Assembly: GCF_018350175.1 (NCBI RefSeq)
Contig: NC_058368.1
Location: forward strand, 64,172,001 to 64,236,000
Reading direction: 5' to 3'
DNA: 64,000 nt
Origin: Felis catus
Lineage: Eukaryota
A model generated the notes under the pieces. It saw nothing but the letters and a program-made list of their open reading frames with translations, made no database searches and was not told the origin of the DNA. The position numbers and the translations under genes are program-made. The first letter of the stretch is position 1. Every line of letters begins with the position of its first letter. Below are positions 11,191 through 24,477 of the stretch, in pieces.

Positions 11191-12286
11191 GTAAGACTAT
11201 GGACATTCACCCACTTTTACTTCTTTTAATTTATTTATGTGATACGTTGCATTCTGTTTCATTAAGGAGAAAAATTCTTTCTAAACAAACAAGCAAACAA
11301 ACAATACTGTAGACTACAAGGTCTTTTTTTATTCCTAGCCTCTATTCCATGTTGCTAAGAACAGCAAGAATTTATTTATCATTATTTCTTAACATGTTTT
11401 CAAGTTTTAATATCCGTGAAACCATGCTTCTGTCTTCATGTTTTAATTTTTTTCACTTTATATGCTTTCTTACCTCTTAAAGATCAAGTAATGACATCAA
11501 AGAAACAAGGATAAGATGATTAGGAAAGGAACAATTATGTATATATTTTTTTATTTATTGATTGGGGTTTATATACTCTGACCATTCTATAGGGCATTTT
11601 TTTTAAGTTAATTATAACTCTTGTTTAGATAACTGATAATAAAATGGTAGATTTTTACTTGTAAGTAATGTACTTATATATCTTTTAGGACCTGTTTAGG
11701 GTACTAGATTATTAAACAGTGTTGCAGCCCATTTGCATTAGTTTAGTCCATACCCAATTTTTGGTTACTTATACATAAGTCTGTAAAAATTTTCAAACAC
11801 TTGTAAAAGTAAATCAGAGTGTATCTTTTATGCAAAGTCTGACTATAAAGGGATGTTGACATGTTTTAGTGGAGTAACAACCAAATATGCCTAATCCCAC
11901 AAAATAATTACTACACAAAACTTCAATTTTATTTCAATGAAGTTGTTAGTATTTAAGACATCTTCCTTGAATTTGAGATGTGTGTTTGCACATTATTTGA
12001 ATATCCATATTGGTGGCAAATTTGTGGATGAGTTTGATTTTGTAAAATAGTAAACTCTCTAGTCCAGAAAACAATGTGGATTATTAAAATGCCTATTAAC
12101 CTACTTGTGAAGGAGTAACTCTCCAATTCCATAGTGGTTTGTCATCTGATTCTCAAAGCATGTTCCAAGGGGAATGAAAACATTTATTTTGTTCTTTGTT
12201 GTTGAAGTACAGTAAAATGCACAGATCTTAGACATGCAATTTGATGCTTTACAACAAATGCTAAATCTGTGTACTCCACATCCCTC

Positions 12287-12500
12287 ATCATTCATTCAGC
12301 AAACATTTATTGAATACCAAGTGTGAACCCCTAGTTGCTAGAGATACAGTTATGAGTCAGATCAAATTATTACCCAGACGAATGGGTTTGTCATTAAGTG
12401 ATATAGAGCCTCTTTAATATAAATATTTACAGGAAGGAGAAATAGCAAGAGAGTGAATCACTTCTACTTGGGGAAGCAGATTTGGAAAGGCTGCCTATCA
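12287..12500 (-). mobile_element. L2 3' end relic
   Basis: tcattcattcagcaaacatttattgaatacc tail motif. Confidence 0.6.
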
Positions 12501-12736
12501 GATTGATATTTTTGCCCTGCCTCCCTGTTACCACTTTATGAACTGGCATGGAAAATGAGGTTTACTTAAAAAGAAGACACCAAATTTGCATGGTAATTCA
12601 GGTCCCAGCAACCTGGGACCAAAGGCTCTTTCTTGAAATATATTTTCTCAGTTGGTTCATGGGTAAATGTCATGGAACTTGTTCAATGTCATTAGATTCA
12701 CTATAATCCCCCAAACAGTTGGGTTTACATCATTGT

Positions 12737-12947
12737 TTTTTTTTTTTAATGTTTATTTTATTTTTGAGAGAGAGAGCTCACACACACAGGGGTGGTGGGG
12801 GGAAGGCCAGAAAGAGAGGGGACAGAAGATCTGAAACAAGCTCTGTGCTGACAGTAGAGAGCCTGATGGGGGGCTCAAATCTCTAGCTGTGAGATCATGA
12901 CTGAGCTGAAGTCAGAGGCTTAACCAGCCGAGCCACACAGGAGCCCC
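12737..12947 (-). mobile_element. Can-SINE
   Basis: TSD tacatca(t/g)tgtt at 12726 and 12948. Confidence 0.95.
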
Positions 12948-13349
12948 TACATCAGTGTTAATAATAACCTTCTCATAAATTTTATTCCATAGTAACTTAA
13001 ATTTCCATGTTGACGTTTTCTTTTCCTTTTTATTTCAAATGTCAAAGTTTGCTAGGTCCCATTAAGGAAATTGATAAAATGGTTGTCCAAATCAAATAAA
13101 CTTGAAACTTGCCTAATGAAAGGGCTGCGGCAAGGATACAATTTAGAGTGAAATCTTCTTAGAAAAGATTTCCTTATTATTGATGAATGAAGGGTGTCTT
13201 ATTATTCCTAACATGTTTAGACCTGAGAGTAACATTGTTGAGAAATAAATCCAGAGTTTTGAAAATTAACTCAGCAGCAAATTTAAAATAAATAAGTTAG
13301 AAGAGCTTGGAGCTGAAATTTAAAGGTGGGTTCAAAACAAAAAACACGA

Positions 13350-13452
13350 GTGTGATGGGTATTGAGGAGGCCACCTTTTGGGAAGAGCACTGGGTGTTGT
13401 ATGGAAACCAGTTTGACAATAAATTTCATATTTATAGAAACCAAAAACAAAA
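13350..13452 (+). mobile_element. Severely 5'-truncated felid L1 3' tail
   Basis: gagcactgggtgttgtatggaaaccagtttgacaataaatttcat; 17-bp TSD caaaacaaaaaacacga at 13333-13349 and 13453-13469. Confidence 0.92.
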
Positions 13453-14057
13453 CAAAACAAAAAACACGATTTTCTTTTGAGCTATTAGAATGAGCAATTA
13501 AAAGAGTTTTTCTTGACTAGAAAGCTAAAAATGTTAATGATATAACATTAAGGTGTTTCAGATAATGAAAATGTTAGCACAGTGAGTTTAATACATAAGA
13601 ATTCATGTAAATAAGTTATTAATGAGAGTGATGCTCCTAGGAATTCTATGCATTAATAAATTGATCTAAATAAATGGTATCTACAGCTTATTATTTACCT
13701 GAAACTTATTAAAATTTTAATCATTTGAAAGTGATACTTTTGTTCAAAATTGATTTTTTAGGTACATAATTAAATGGCCAAATTTTACTGAAAGCTGCCA
13801 TTTTTAAATCAGGAAAATCATGCTTTAACTCTGCTCTAAATTTAGCAAAGATTCTTTATCAGAATTTGATGGCTCAAACTTCAAATTACAGCGACACAGA
13901 CATAGAGGTTTTACAAAAATACTTCAGCAGAACTGGAACAAAACAGCTCTATTTTACAACCATAAATGTTCACTGATGCCATTTTGCCACTTGTAATATG
14001 TTAAGCTATTAATAGAAAAGTCGTGGGATAGCCGGAGGTCATTTCTCACTCTAAATC

Positions 14058-14204
14058 GTGTGTTTCAACCATGACTGCACATTGGAACCACCTGGGAGTT
14101 TTAAAAATTACCGATGTCAGGGTTCCACCCTTGAAATTTTTTATGAAATTGGTCTGAGACGCAGCTGGACATCAGGACTGCCAGCCACGGTTGAGAAACA
14201 TTGC
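14058..14204. mobile_element. MER5A1/MER5B-like hAT relic
   Basis: gtttcaaccatgactgcacattggaaccacctgggag...ggttgagaaacattg with inverted termini. Confidence 0.75.
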
Positions 14205-15132
14205 TCTAGAGAAACTTGAAATGTGAGAAGCTTGGAGATTTTAAAGGAGACCTCAGAGACAACTATGCCACAGAAATTATGGCAAAATAAGTGTTGTACA
14301 TTGCTGGAAGATAGAACACAGTGTCAGCTAGGGAAGATGCCCAGAGAGGGGTTTCTTCAAATTTGTTACAGTGTTTATCATAGATTTTCTGTTCAGAGAA
14401 CATCTGAGAACAACAAAGAAATTCTCAATAAAACCAATTATGTTAATATTTTTGGTTCATAAAATTTTGATAATACAGGGAATGTAGAGCCTCTCCAATC
14501 AGTGATGTTGTTAAATATCAAAATAACACTTTGAGAACACCTGAAATGTCAGTTAAATTATAACAAGGTATTTCTGTTATGCGGTGGGATCATTGCTTTA
14601 CTTTTGCTCTATTTTTCTGTTAATGTTTTAACCAAATAGTTATGAGTTCATATTCTTTTATAAGCAATCTAGAATTTCCACAAAATAAATGGGGCCACAA
14701 AAAGTTTACCCCAGTTTCTGTGGAATCCATAAATAATTGCTTTCAGGGGATGTTTAAATGAAATTATTTCCCTGACTGCTGGGATTGGAGATTGGTAAAG
14801 ATTTGTCCTTTGTGAGTAATAAGAAGAGTGTACTTGGATATAAAAATAGTGAAGAAATAATTAGCTCTTTTTTTTAGAAAAAAAAAAAAAGCTAAATTCC
14901 ATGTTTAACAAAGTTAATGAGTCCCTAAATTCCTAAAGCTGAATATTGGTGTGTAAAAGAGCACTCCAAACCAATAGAGAATAACCCTAATATTCATGGA
15001 TATTTAGCTACAACCTAATTTCTTCATATCATTCGGTATCTCCTAGGTTTAAATCAAACAGATATGTTACTTACTAAAAGGCCCAAAATAAGTTTTACTT
15101 TTCTGACAATGTCCTTTATTAACGGGTTATTT

Positions 15133-15339
15133 AAATTTTTTTTAATCTTTATTTTTGAGAGAGAGAGAGACAGAAAATGAGCAGAGGAGGGGCAGAGAGA
15201 GGGAGACACAGAATCTGAAGCAGGCTCCAGTCTCTGAGCTGTCAGTACAGAGCCTGACATGGGGCTCGAACTCTCAGACTGCGGGGTCAGACCTGAGCTG
15301 AAGTCGGACACTTAACTGACTGAGCCACCCAGGTGCCCC
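15133..15339 (-). mobile_element. Can-SINE (SINEC_Fc-like)
   Basis: TSD attaa(c/t)gggttattt at 15118-15132 and 15340-15354. Confidence 0.96.
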
Positions 15340-16142
15340 ATTAATGGGTTATTTTTGAGAAGTCATTTATCAGGAACAAATTAAACTTACATTTTCAAAA
15401 TTGTACGTTGGGTCAGTTGACCAGATCTTTAATCTCTTTTATGTTTCCGGCTAAGTTTGGTTACTGAGACACATGTGTTTAGAAATACTTGTTTGGAGCA
15501 CACATGTTATTAATTGCTTTTTGAAGGGACTAGTGTAAGCTAGTTACTTTTTAAGGTGCTTGGTGTTTTGCATATTCACACTATCATTTATAGTGAATAT
15601 TTTGCAAGACTGTAGCTATATAATCATTTTGTATAACAGTAACTGAATATGAAAGAGTTGAAAAGACAAGATTTTAAGTATGGGTTGAAGAGTCTGAACT
15701 TTAAGTAACTAGCAGATAATGTAAAAAAAAAAACCCAGTCTTCGTGGAAGATTAATTTTTCTTTTGCGGGATAATTTTTGTAGAACAGATATGAATTGAA
15801 AAAGGGAGCCAGAAGCTTAAGGGGAAAAGATGGCTAGGTAAACTTGTAAAGTTTTGGACCTTGAAAGGACAGAATATTTTCAAGGACTTGAAAATAGGAA
15901 ACATTACTCTGTGATGTTAGAGGATAAGGGCGGCCATATGCTAATCTAACCATATACTATGCTAATTGCTCTATCTCCAATCAGCTCCTTTAAAGCGATT
16001 TGATACAAATCACCTTGAATATTTACTAAATGAATGTTAGATGGTGGATTGGGGTGCAGGTATGGCTGAATGTTGGAGTAGTGAAAATGGGGAAAATAGA
16101 AAGGATGTTGAAGATTTACTCCGATTTTGTTACATTAGGTTT

Positions 16143-16433
16143 CTTATTTATTTTTATTTATTTTATTTTATTTTATTTTATTTTATTTTATTTTATTTTA
16201 TTTTATTTTATTTTATTTTATTTTATTTTATTTTATTTTATTTTATTTTATTTTAAAGAGAGAGAAGGCACATGAGCAGAAGGAAAGGGACAGAGGGAGA
16301 GAGAATGAATCTTAATCAGGCTTTATGCTTAGGGCAGAGCCCGGCCTGGGGCACGATCCTATGCTCCTGAGATCATGACCTGAGCCAAAATCAAGAGTTG
16401 GACATTCAGCCAACTGAGCCACCTAGGCAACCC
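16143..16433 (-). mobile_element. Can-SINE with tail expanded to (TTTTA)n
   Basis: TSD acattaggttt at 16132-16142 and 16435-16445. Confidence 0.93.
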
Positions 16434-16918
16434 AACATTAGGTTTTGATAGAACAAACCTGGAAAGACAAAACAAAAGAAACAGAAAGAAAAAATGGAGC
16501 CCAGAGGAGGCCAAAACTCCCTACAAAGTGTTACTCAGGCATCCGTTGGCTTCCTTGCACCAATGCACAAGCAGCTTGTCCAGAGTAGTTTTCCAGAGTT
16601 AATGGGGCCAGCTCTTCATTCTCCATTTCCCTAGTTCACAGTCCTAAGGCCTCAGAGGAGAACTAGGTACTCTTAGGAGAGAGGGTGGGCCAACTCTATG
16701 TCATTTTTAGTTTCATCTTTCAAATTACTCTTATTCACAGATGTTGAGTAATCAGGCTGGGAAAATAAAATAAAAGCAAGCAGACTTGGTTTCAGGGGCA
16801 TGTGATTGGCTTCAGGGTAGTGCTTCTTTAGCAGCAAGTGAATCCTGGTGGACAATGCACGAGCTTCCTCCTAATCCAAAATAAACAGCATTTGTTTCAC
16901 TAGAAAATTGCAAATACA

Positions 16919-17131
16919 GGGGTGCCTGGGTGGCTCAGTTGGTTAAGCATCCAACTTCAGCTCGGGTCATGATCTCACGGTTTGTGAGTTCGAGCCCCAT
17001 GTTGGGCTCTGTGCTGACAGCTCAGAGCCTGGAGCCTGCTTCGGATTCTGTGTCTCCTCTTCTGTCTGCCCGGCTCATGCTCTGTCTCTCTCTGTCTCTC
17101 AATAATAAATAAATGTTAAAAAAATTAAAAA
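16919..17131 (+). mobile_element. Can-SINE (SINEC_Fc-like)
   Basis: TSD aaaattgca(a/g)ataca at 16904-16918 and 17132-17146. Confidence 0.96.
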
Positions 17132-17543
17132 AAAATTGCAGATACATCAAAGGGTAACTTGACATCAAATATACAGATTACTATAAAAATATCCCCCCCC
17201 CTTTTATTTTATACATGCATGTGTAATTCCTGCCTCATTGGAAGAGGGCTGAATAAAAGCTTTATGTAATATGTTTTGTGTCACATCTGTATAAGGTTTT
17301 TGTTGTTGTTGTTGTTTTTTGGGTAAGAGGAGTAGAAAGCGGAGAACGTTAATTTCAGATGGCTTTAAGCAAATGTTAGAAAGGTGAATATGCCTAGACT
17401 TCCAAATATCTGTTGGCTACTTGACATTTACAAACACTATACTAGAGAAGCTTTCTACCTTCGCAGTATTAGGGTTCTGGCAGCAAGCAAAGGATATGTG
17501 GAATGAAATATGCTGTTCAAATATAGTAAAGGAAGAGAAGACT

Positions 17544-17789
17544 TTTTTTAAATATGAAATTTATTGTCAAATTGGTTTCCATACAACACCCAGTGTTCAT
17601 CCCAACAGGTGCCCTCCTCAGTGACCATCACCCCCCCACACCCCCATCAACCCTCAGTTTATTCTCAGTTTTTAAGAGTCTCTTGTGGTTTTGCTCTCTC
17701 CCTCTCTTCTTTTTCCTTCCCCTCCCCCATGGTCTTCTGTTAAGTTTCTCAGGATCCACATAAGAGTGAAAACATATGGTATCTGTCTT
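17544..17789 (-). mobile_element. 5'-truncated felid L1 3' end
   Basis: atgaaatttattgtcaaattggtttccatacaacacccagtg, the same family as 13350-13452; TSD aaga(g/a)aagact at 17533-17543 and 17790-17800. Confidence 0.92.
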
Positions 17790-17899
17790 AAGAAAAGACT
17801 ATTTGTAACCACTATTGAGGAAAATCACGAGTACCAAATCTTTCTGTTGTTTTAAATGACCAACAAAAGCACTGCACAAAGTTATAGTCTGTTATTTAA

Positions 17900-17914
17900 T
17901 GTTTATTTATTTCT

Positions 17915-17957
<43 letters not shown>

Positions 17958-18115
17958 CAAGCAGGGGAGGAGCAGAGAGAGAGGGAGACACAGAATCTGA
18001 AGCAGGCTCCAGGCTCTGAGCTGTGGGCATGGAGCACGATGTGGGGCTCAAACTCACAAACTGTGAGATCATGACCTGATCAGACTCTTAACTGACTGAG
18101 CCACTCAGGTGCCAC
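17900..18115 (-). mobile_element. Can-SINE with (GA)n expansion
   Basis: TSD tatagtctgttatttaa at 17883-17899 and 18116-18132. Confidence 0.95.
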
Positions 18116-18767
18116 TATAGTCTGTTATTTAAAATATTCGGAACTCTTAGCTCCATTTCTAACATCAAACTTTAAGGTCTACACAGTTTTTGAGTGGCAG
18201 ATTATCTATTTAAATGAGGAAGCACTATGGTTTAAATTCCTGAGTGTGCCCTATTGAAACTGAGAACAGAAGGCCATGCTAATAAGAAAGGTAGTATTTA
18301 TAAGGATTGCTTAAGGATGCAAGCTGGGGACCTACTAGCTGTAATTCTTTAATTCTAGTATATGTGCACCATCCAGTTGCAGGAAAACAAAATGTGTATT
18401 TCCAAGCTGTATGTTTTAGCAAGAGAAGAAATCCAACATAACCAATATTAAATTCCCAAATAGTATGCAAACTCATGTCAATCATTACTTTAATCTAACA
18501 TGTCAGCTGGAGGAAAGAACTCTGAGCAGCATGTGTAGTTGATTGTGATGAATGTTTATGTGTACACAGATGTCATTTCAGAAATTTGGAAATATGGAAA
18601 TAACTCTAGGGTTTCTAGTTACTATGTTTATTAAGTTCTATACGTTGTCTAAATTCAAAAATAAAAATAGTTTGCAAAATATAATGCATGCTATATTTGA
18701 CATCTATCTCTCTGTTTCTATTTACCTATGTATTTCTCCCCCACGCACACATGCAAGTACTCTTACT

Positions 18768-18868
18768 TATGTGTATGTGTGTATATATATATATATGTAT
18801 ATATATACATATATATATATATATATCTACAGCTACATGTATATACACCCCCACACATACATATATAA
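18768..18868. repeat. (TA)n/(TATG)n microsatellite
   Basis: Directly visible. Confidence 0.9.
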
Positions 18869-18902
18869 GGGTATACACCAAAATAGTATACATGGTTATT
18901 GT

Positions 18903-19098
18903 CCTTTTAAAGCTTATTTATTAAGTTTGCGAGAGACACAGAGAGAGAGAGAGAGAGAAGCAGAGAGAGAATCCGAAGCAGACTCTGTGCTGTCAGTACA
19001 GAGCCTGACACAGGGCTTGATCTCACAAACCATGAGATCACAACATGAGCCAAAATCAAGAGTTGGATGCTTAACTGACTGAGCCACTCAGGTGCCCC
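18903..19098 (-). mobile_element. Can-SINE
   Basis: TSD atggttattgt at 18892-18902 and 19104-19114. Confidence 0.94.
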
Positions 19099-21412
19099 TG
19101 TGAATGGTTATTGTTAATATTAGTATGTAGATTACCTTCATTTTCTACTTTTTACATATCTGTATTAATTGCAAATTTAAAAATAAGCCTGTGTTACTTT
19201 TTAAAAAATGAGAGATAAAAAATTTCTCAATTTTGGTAAATAAAAAAAGAATACTTAGGTCAAAACATTCTTAGGAGTCCCTAATTTATATCTAAAAAGG
19301 GTTTTCAATAAAGAGATATTCCTAATACCATTAAGAATATCCACAATCACATGCAACTTGAATATTTTTTGCTGTTGTTATTGGAGAGATATATTTAACA
19401 TTATTTAAATGACTTGAAAATTTGTTCAGATTTTCCAGAACATATAAAAAAGGAAAACTTTCCAATTTATTTCATGAAATTAACAAAACTTTGATCATAA
19501 ATGGTATATTTTTATCATTTTCTAATTGGTTATTGCTAGTTTAAGGAAATAAATTTCCTTAAATTTTTATATGCAGATATTGTATCCAGTGATCTTGCTA
19601 GTTATACTTACTTATTAATTCTAACATTTAAAATTTTCTGCATATCCAGTGCAGTTTGCAAATAATTTTGACCAGTGTATTTCCTTTTTGCCAATACTTA
19701 GGCACTTTTTAAAATTTTCTTTTATTGAACTGGCTGGGGAATCTTGTCTTGTTTCTGATCTCAGAAGGAAAGCTTTCAATATCCCCTTATTAATTATGAT
19801 ATTTGCATAGGTTTTTATGTCTCTCTCTAATCAGGTTAAAGAAATTTGTTGTATTCCTCATTTATACATTTAAAAAATCCAATTTTGTGCATCCTCTGAG
19901 ATTAGATTTTCAAACAGTTAATGTTGAAAATTACACTGATTGATTTTGTGATATTAAAACAATCTTGTATTATTGGAATAAACCTGTTGTTTTGCATTTA
20001 TCATAGTTTTTACTGAACTGTAATTCACATACCAAAAAGTTTACCTGTTAAGAATGTACAATTCAGTGAATAGTGTATTCATAAGTTATGTAATGATTGC
20101 CACAAATTCCAGAAGAGTTTTATCATTGAAAGACACCAAATTCTTATTTGGAAGATCTCTTATTTGAAAGATCATATTAACTCCCCTCCCCAGCCCCTGG
20201 CAATGACTGATTTACCTTCTGTCTCTGTAGATTTGCTGTTTCTGGACATCCCATAAAAGTAGAATCATACAATACCTTCCGTGTCAGGTTTTATTCACTT
20301 CACGATGTTTTCAAGGTCCATTTATGTTGCAGATGTATTTCATGCCTTATTATGGTTGATAAAAAGTGGAGATGCCACTTGTTTATCCATTCATCAATTG
20401 ATGGGCATTTGGGCTGTTTCTGCTTTTTGGCTATTATGGATAAAGGTGCTATAAACATTTATGTACACGTTTTGGGTAGACATATGTTTTCAATTCTCTT
20501 AGATATATACATAGGAGTAAAATTTCTGGGGCATTTGGTAACACCATGTTTAACTTTGGTGAGGAAATGCAAAACTGCTTTCCAAAGTGGCTGTACCATT
20601 TTACATTCCCACTAGAAAAGGATGAGGGATTGTCTCTACCTCTTCACCCTCACTTTTTATTTTCTATCTTTTGACCTTAACCTTCCTAGTGAGTATAAAA
20701 TGGTATCCCATTGTAATTTTGATTTGCATTTCCCTCATGACTATTAATGTTGAGCATCTTTTTATGTGTTTTTTTTTGTGTATTTGTATATCATCTTTGG
20801 AGAACTATCTATTCAAACCATTTTCCCATTTTTAATTGTTGAGTTGTAAGGGTTCTATATATATTCTGAATACAAGTCCCTTATGAGATGTATGATTTGT
20901 AAACATTTTCAACCATCCTGTGTGCAGTCTTTTTACTTTCTTGATGATCTATTTTACACACAAAACATTGAATGTTGATTAACTACGATGTATTACTTTC
21001 TTTTGATGCTTATAATCTGGTGTCACCTATAAGAAGCCCTGTTCTAATCCAAGGTCAAGAAGATTTGTATTTATCTTTTCTTATAAGAGTTTTATACTTT
21101 TAGCTCTTACACTTAGGTTTTTGATCCACTTTGGGTTACCGCTTGTATATGATGTAAGGTCAGAATCTAATTTCACCCTTTTGCATGTGTGTATACAATT
21201 TTCTCGGCACTATTTGTTGAAAAGACTATTATTTCCCTGTTGAATTACCTTGCCACCCCTGTCAAGAATCAGTTGACTATAAATATCTTTAAGCCAGTCC
21301 CACACTGATATAATTACTCTAGCTTTGTACAAAGTTTGGAAATCAGGAAGGGTGAGCCTTTCAATTTTGTTGGTCTTTTTCAAGCTTGTTTAGACTATTC
21401 TGGGACCTTGGC

Positions 21413-21837
21413 TATGTCAGTTTCCTTTTGCTGAAATAACAGCTTGCCATAAATTTATTATTTTACAGTGCTGCAGATAATGGCCTAACATCAAGGTGTC
21501 AGCAGCAAGGCTGTGTCTCTTCTGGAGTCTCTGGAGAAGAATCTGTTTCTTTGCTTTTTCCAGCTCCTAGAGGCCATCTGCACTCTGTAGCCTGTGGTCC
21601 CTCCCTTGTGTTTGTCCAACATTGTCCATTATCCAGTCTGTTTCTCTGATGCTACTACTCACACCTCCCTCTTTCATTAGTAAGGATTGCATTGGGCCAA
21701 CCCAGATCATCCATGATAATTTGTCCAACTGAAATTTGTTAATGTAATCATGTCTAAGTCTCTTTAATCATGTAAACTAAAATATTCCTAGGTTCTGGGA
21801 CATGGACATCTTTTGGGAGCCGTGTTCTGTTATCACA
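21413..21837 (-). mobile_element. MLT1 solo LTR nested in L1
   Basis: ttccagctcctagaggccatc, cccagatcatcc and ggacatggacatctttt motifs; L1 sequence is continuous across it (ccttg / cttgcatttccatatg). Confidence 0.85.
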
Positions 21838-23392
21838 CTTGCATTTCCATATGAATATTAGGAGCAACTTGTCCATTTCTGCAAAAACAGTCAACTAAAA
21901 TTTTGATAAAGATTGTGGTGAATCTGAAGAACAATTTGAGGTATATTGCCGCCTTAATAACATGAAACCCTCAGATCCATATGAACATGGCATGTTTTTC
22001 CATTTAATTTCTTTCAGTGATACTTTGTAGTTTTCATTGTATAGGTTTTATACTTTAAGTTACTCATTTCTCATTTTTGAGATGCTATTTTAAATGCAAT
22101 TATTTTCTTTATTTTAGTTCCTGTAATCAATCACTCGTACTTACAATATATAATCCTTTTTATATGTTACTGTGTTCAATTTGATAGCATTTTAGTGTGG
22201 ATTTTTGTTTCTATAGTCATAACGGATAATGGTGTGTGGGTTTTCTTTCTTTTAATATCTTTGTCACAGTTTTTGGTATCAGACTTCCTAGGATGAACTG
22301 GAATGCGTTCTTTCCCAGTCGGTTTTTTGGAGGAGTTTGTGAAGGACAAAGGTTATCACTTTTCTTTTAACATTTGGTAAAATTCACCAGGAAAGCCATC
22401 TGGCTTTTGGGCCATTTGGGCTTTTTCTTTGCAGAAAGCATGTTGATTACTAATTCAATCTCTTTACTTATTACATATCCATTCAGGTTTTATGTTTCTC
22501 CTTAAGACAGTTTTGGTAGTTTGGGTCTTTGTAGGAAGTTGTTCATTTTATGTATATTACCTAATTTTTTGGCATATAATTATTCATAGTATTCTCTTAT
22601 ATTCCTTTTTGTGTCTGGGAGGTCAGTAGTGATGGCTCCCATTTCATTCCTTGCTTTAGTTGTTTGAGTCTTGTCTCTCATATTTTTTGTCAGTATAGCT
22701 AAAGGTTTTGTTTGTTTTTGTTTTTTTTTTATCATAAGACCAACTTAGGCTTCACTGATTTTTCTCTTCTGTTTTCTTATTATATAATTCATTTATTTAC
22801 ACGATAATCATGATCATTTCCTTTCTTTTGCTTGTTTTAGATTTAGTTTTTTATCTTTCTGTTTTTTAAAATGGAACATTGGGCTATTTCTATTATTTTT
22901 TCCTTATTCTTTTTATTTTCTATTCTTCAAAATGGGTAATCTCGATTGCTTATCTTCAGGTTTTCTGATTCTTTCTTCTGTCAATTGAAATTGGCTATTG
23001 AGCCCCTCTTGTGAAATTTTAAACTTTTGTCTAGTAAAGTCAATATCTCAGCCTCCTCAGGAACAGTTCTATTGACTGTTCATTGCCATGTGTATGGACA
23101 GTGCTTTCTTCTTTCTTTGCATGTATTGTATTGTTTTATTGAAAACTGGACATGTTAGAGAATATAATGGGACAACTCAAAGTCAGCTTTGCCTTTCCCT
23201 AGGGCTTTTTCCCTCATGTTGATGTTTGTTGTTTGTGTTGCTGCTTACTTAATGACTTTTTGAAACTAGTTCTATTCACTTTCATTAGTGGCCACTAAAG
23301 TTTCCATTCAGTTGCATTTGTGTTTAATGATTTTATGGAGATTTTCCTAAATTTCTTGAACCAAAGAAAGTCCTGTGTTTACTGAGGAACTC

Positions 23393-23398
<6 letters not shown>

Positions 23399-23424
<26 letters not shown>
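23399..23424. repeat. (TG)n microsatellite
   Basis: Directly visible. Confidence 0.95.
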
Positions 23425-23425
<1 letters not shown>

Positions 23426-24477
23426 ACTGAAGGATACACCTTCAGCATCCTATAGGCAGTTGATACTATGCCTTAGACTTCACTTCTTGCTTGTGCAGTT
23501 CCTCAGGTTCATGGAGGGGTCTGATGGGAGGAGGGCCTTCTCAGGCCTTCATGGGCATATGTGCAACCCTGAACATGGCTACGGCTTTCAGATCCATACA
23601 TATATGAATCACAAATATCACCATAAAACTCACTATTCTTACTGAGATTCCATTGTTTTTCTTGAAAAACAACAACAACAACAACAACACATTGCAGATT
23701 GCTGTAAGAAATTAGTTCATTTCCAAAGCTCTGAAAATTAGATTTTGACAATTTTGCCATACTCTCATTGCTTTAATGGGAGAGGAAATTTTCACAAATC
23801 TTTATTCCACCATATCTACTGATGTTACTCCCATTGATGATACTGTTGATGTACCACTGGAGTCACTTTTCTAATATTTTATCTAGGGTCTTAACATCTA
23901 CATTTTTGATGAAGATTATAGCTTTCCTTCTTGTAATGTCTTAGGTTTTACATACAGAGGTGATGTGGGCCTGAGGCCAAATTATGAACTATTTTCTCCT
24001 TTTTTGTAATTCTCTGGAAGGGTTTGTATAAAACTGGTGTTGCTTCATCCTTAAATATTTGACATAATCATGGTGAAGACACATGAGCCAGAAATTTTCT
24101 TGATGAGAACATTTTTAAGTGTGGATTTGATTTACTTAATACACATGAGACTATTCAAACTTTCTCTTTTGTTTGAGTTTTATTTTGAAACACACTGCTG
24201 TTATTAATTGTTATTAATATTCCCTTAACCATTCTTGGTGTCTATGAGATCTATAATGATATATAATCTTATCCCTTTTCCATTCCTTACATTAATTATT
24301 TAAATGAATCTCTGTACTTATTTGTAGATTATAAAATGATTTGTAGAGATTATAAAATGAATCTCTCTACTTATTTGTAATTATTATTTTCCAGATACTC
24401 TCCAAGTGTGTTGAGAATACCTATCAGAATATAATTACTTCAGAATATTTTTAATGTATTTTTAAAAAGATTAGATA

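Larger units (their letters stand above)
20005..23825 (-). mobile_element. L1MB-type element (3' UTR, ORF2 pieces and 5' region) with internal deletions
   Basis: L1MB-like tail (tgtacaattcagtg, cccagcccctggcaa), antisense ORF2, and a 5'-type segment at 22900-23825 resembling 61795-62750. Confidence 0.8.
19495..24300 (-). mobile_element. Old L1M (L1ME-like) ORF2 relic, split by a nested L1
   Basis: Antisense ORF2-like sequence at 19495-19990 resumes colinearly at about 23830-24300. Confidence 0.7.

Noticed and set aside
18552..19082. Longest ORF in the window (176 aa)
   Set aside because: Runs through a (TA)n microsatellite and an antisense SINE; no protein-like content
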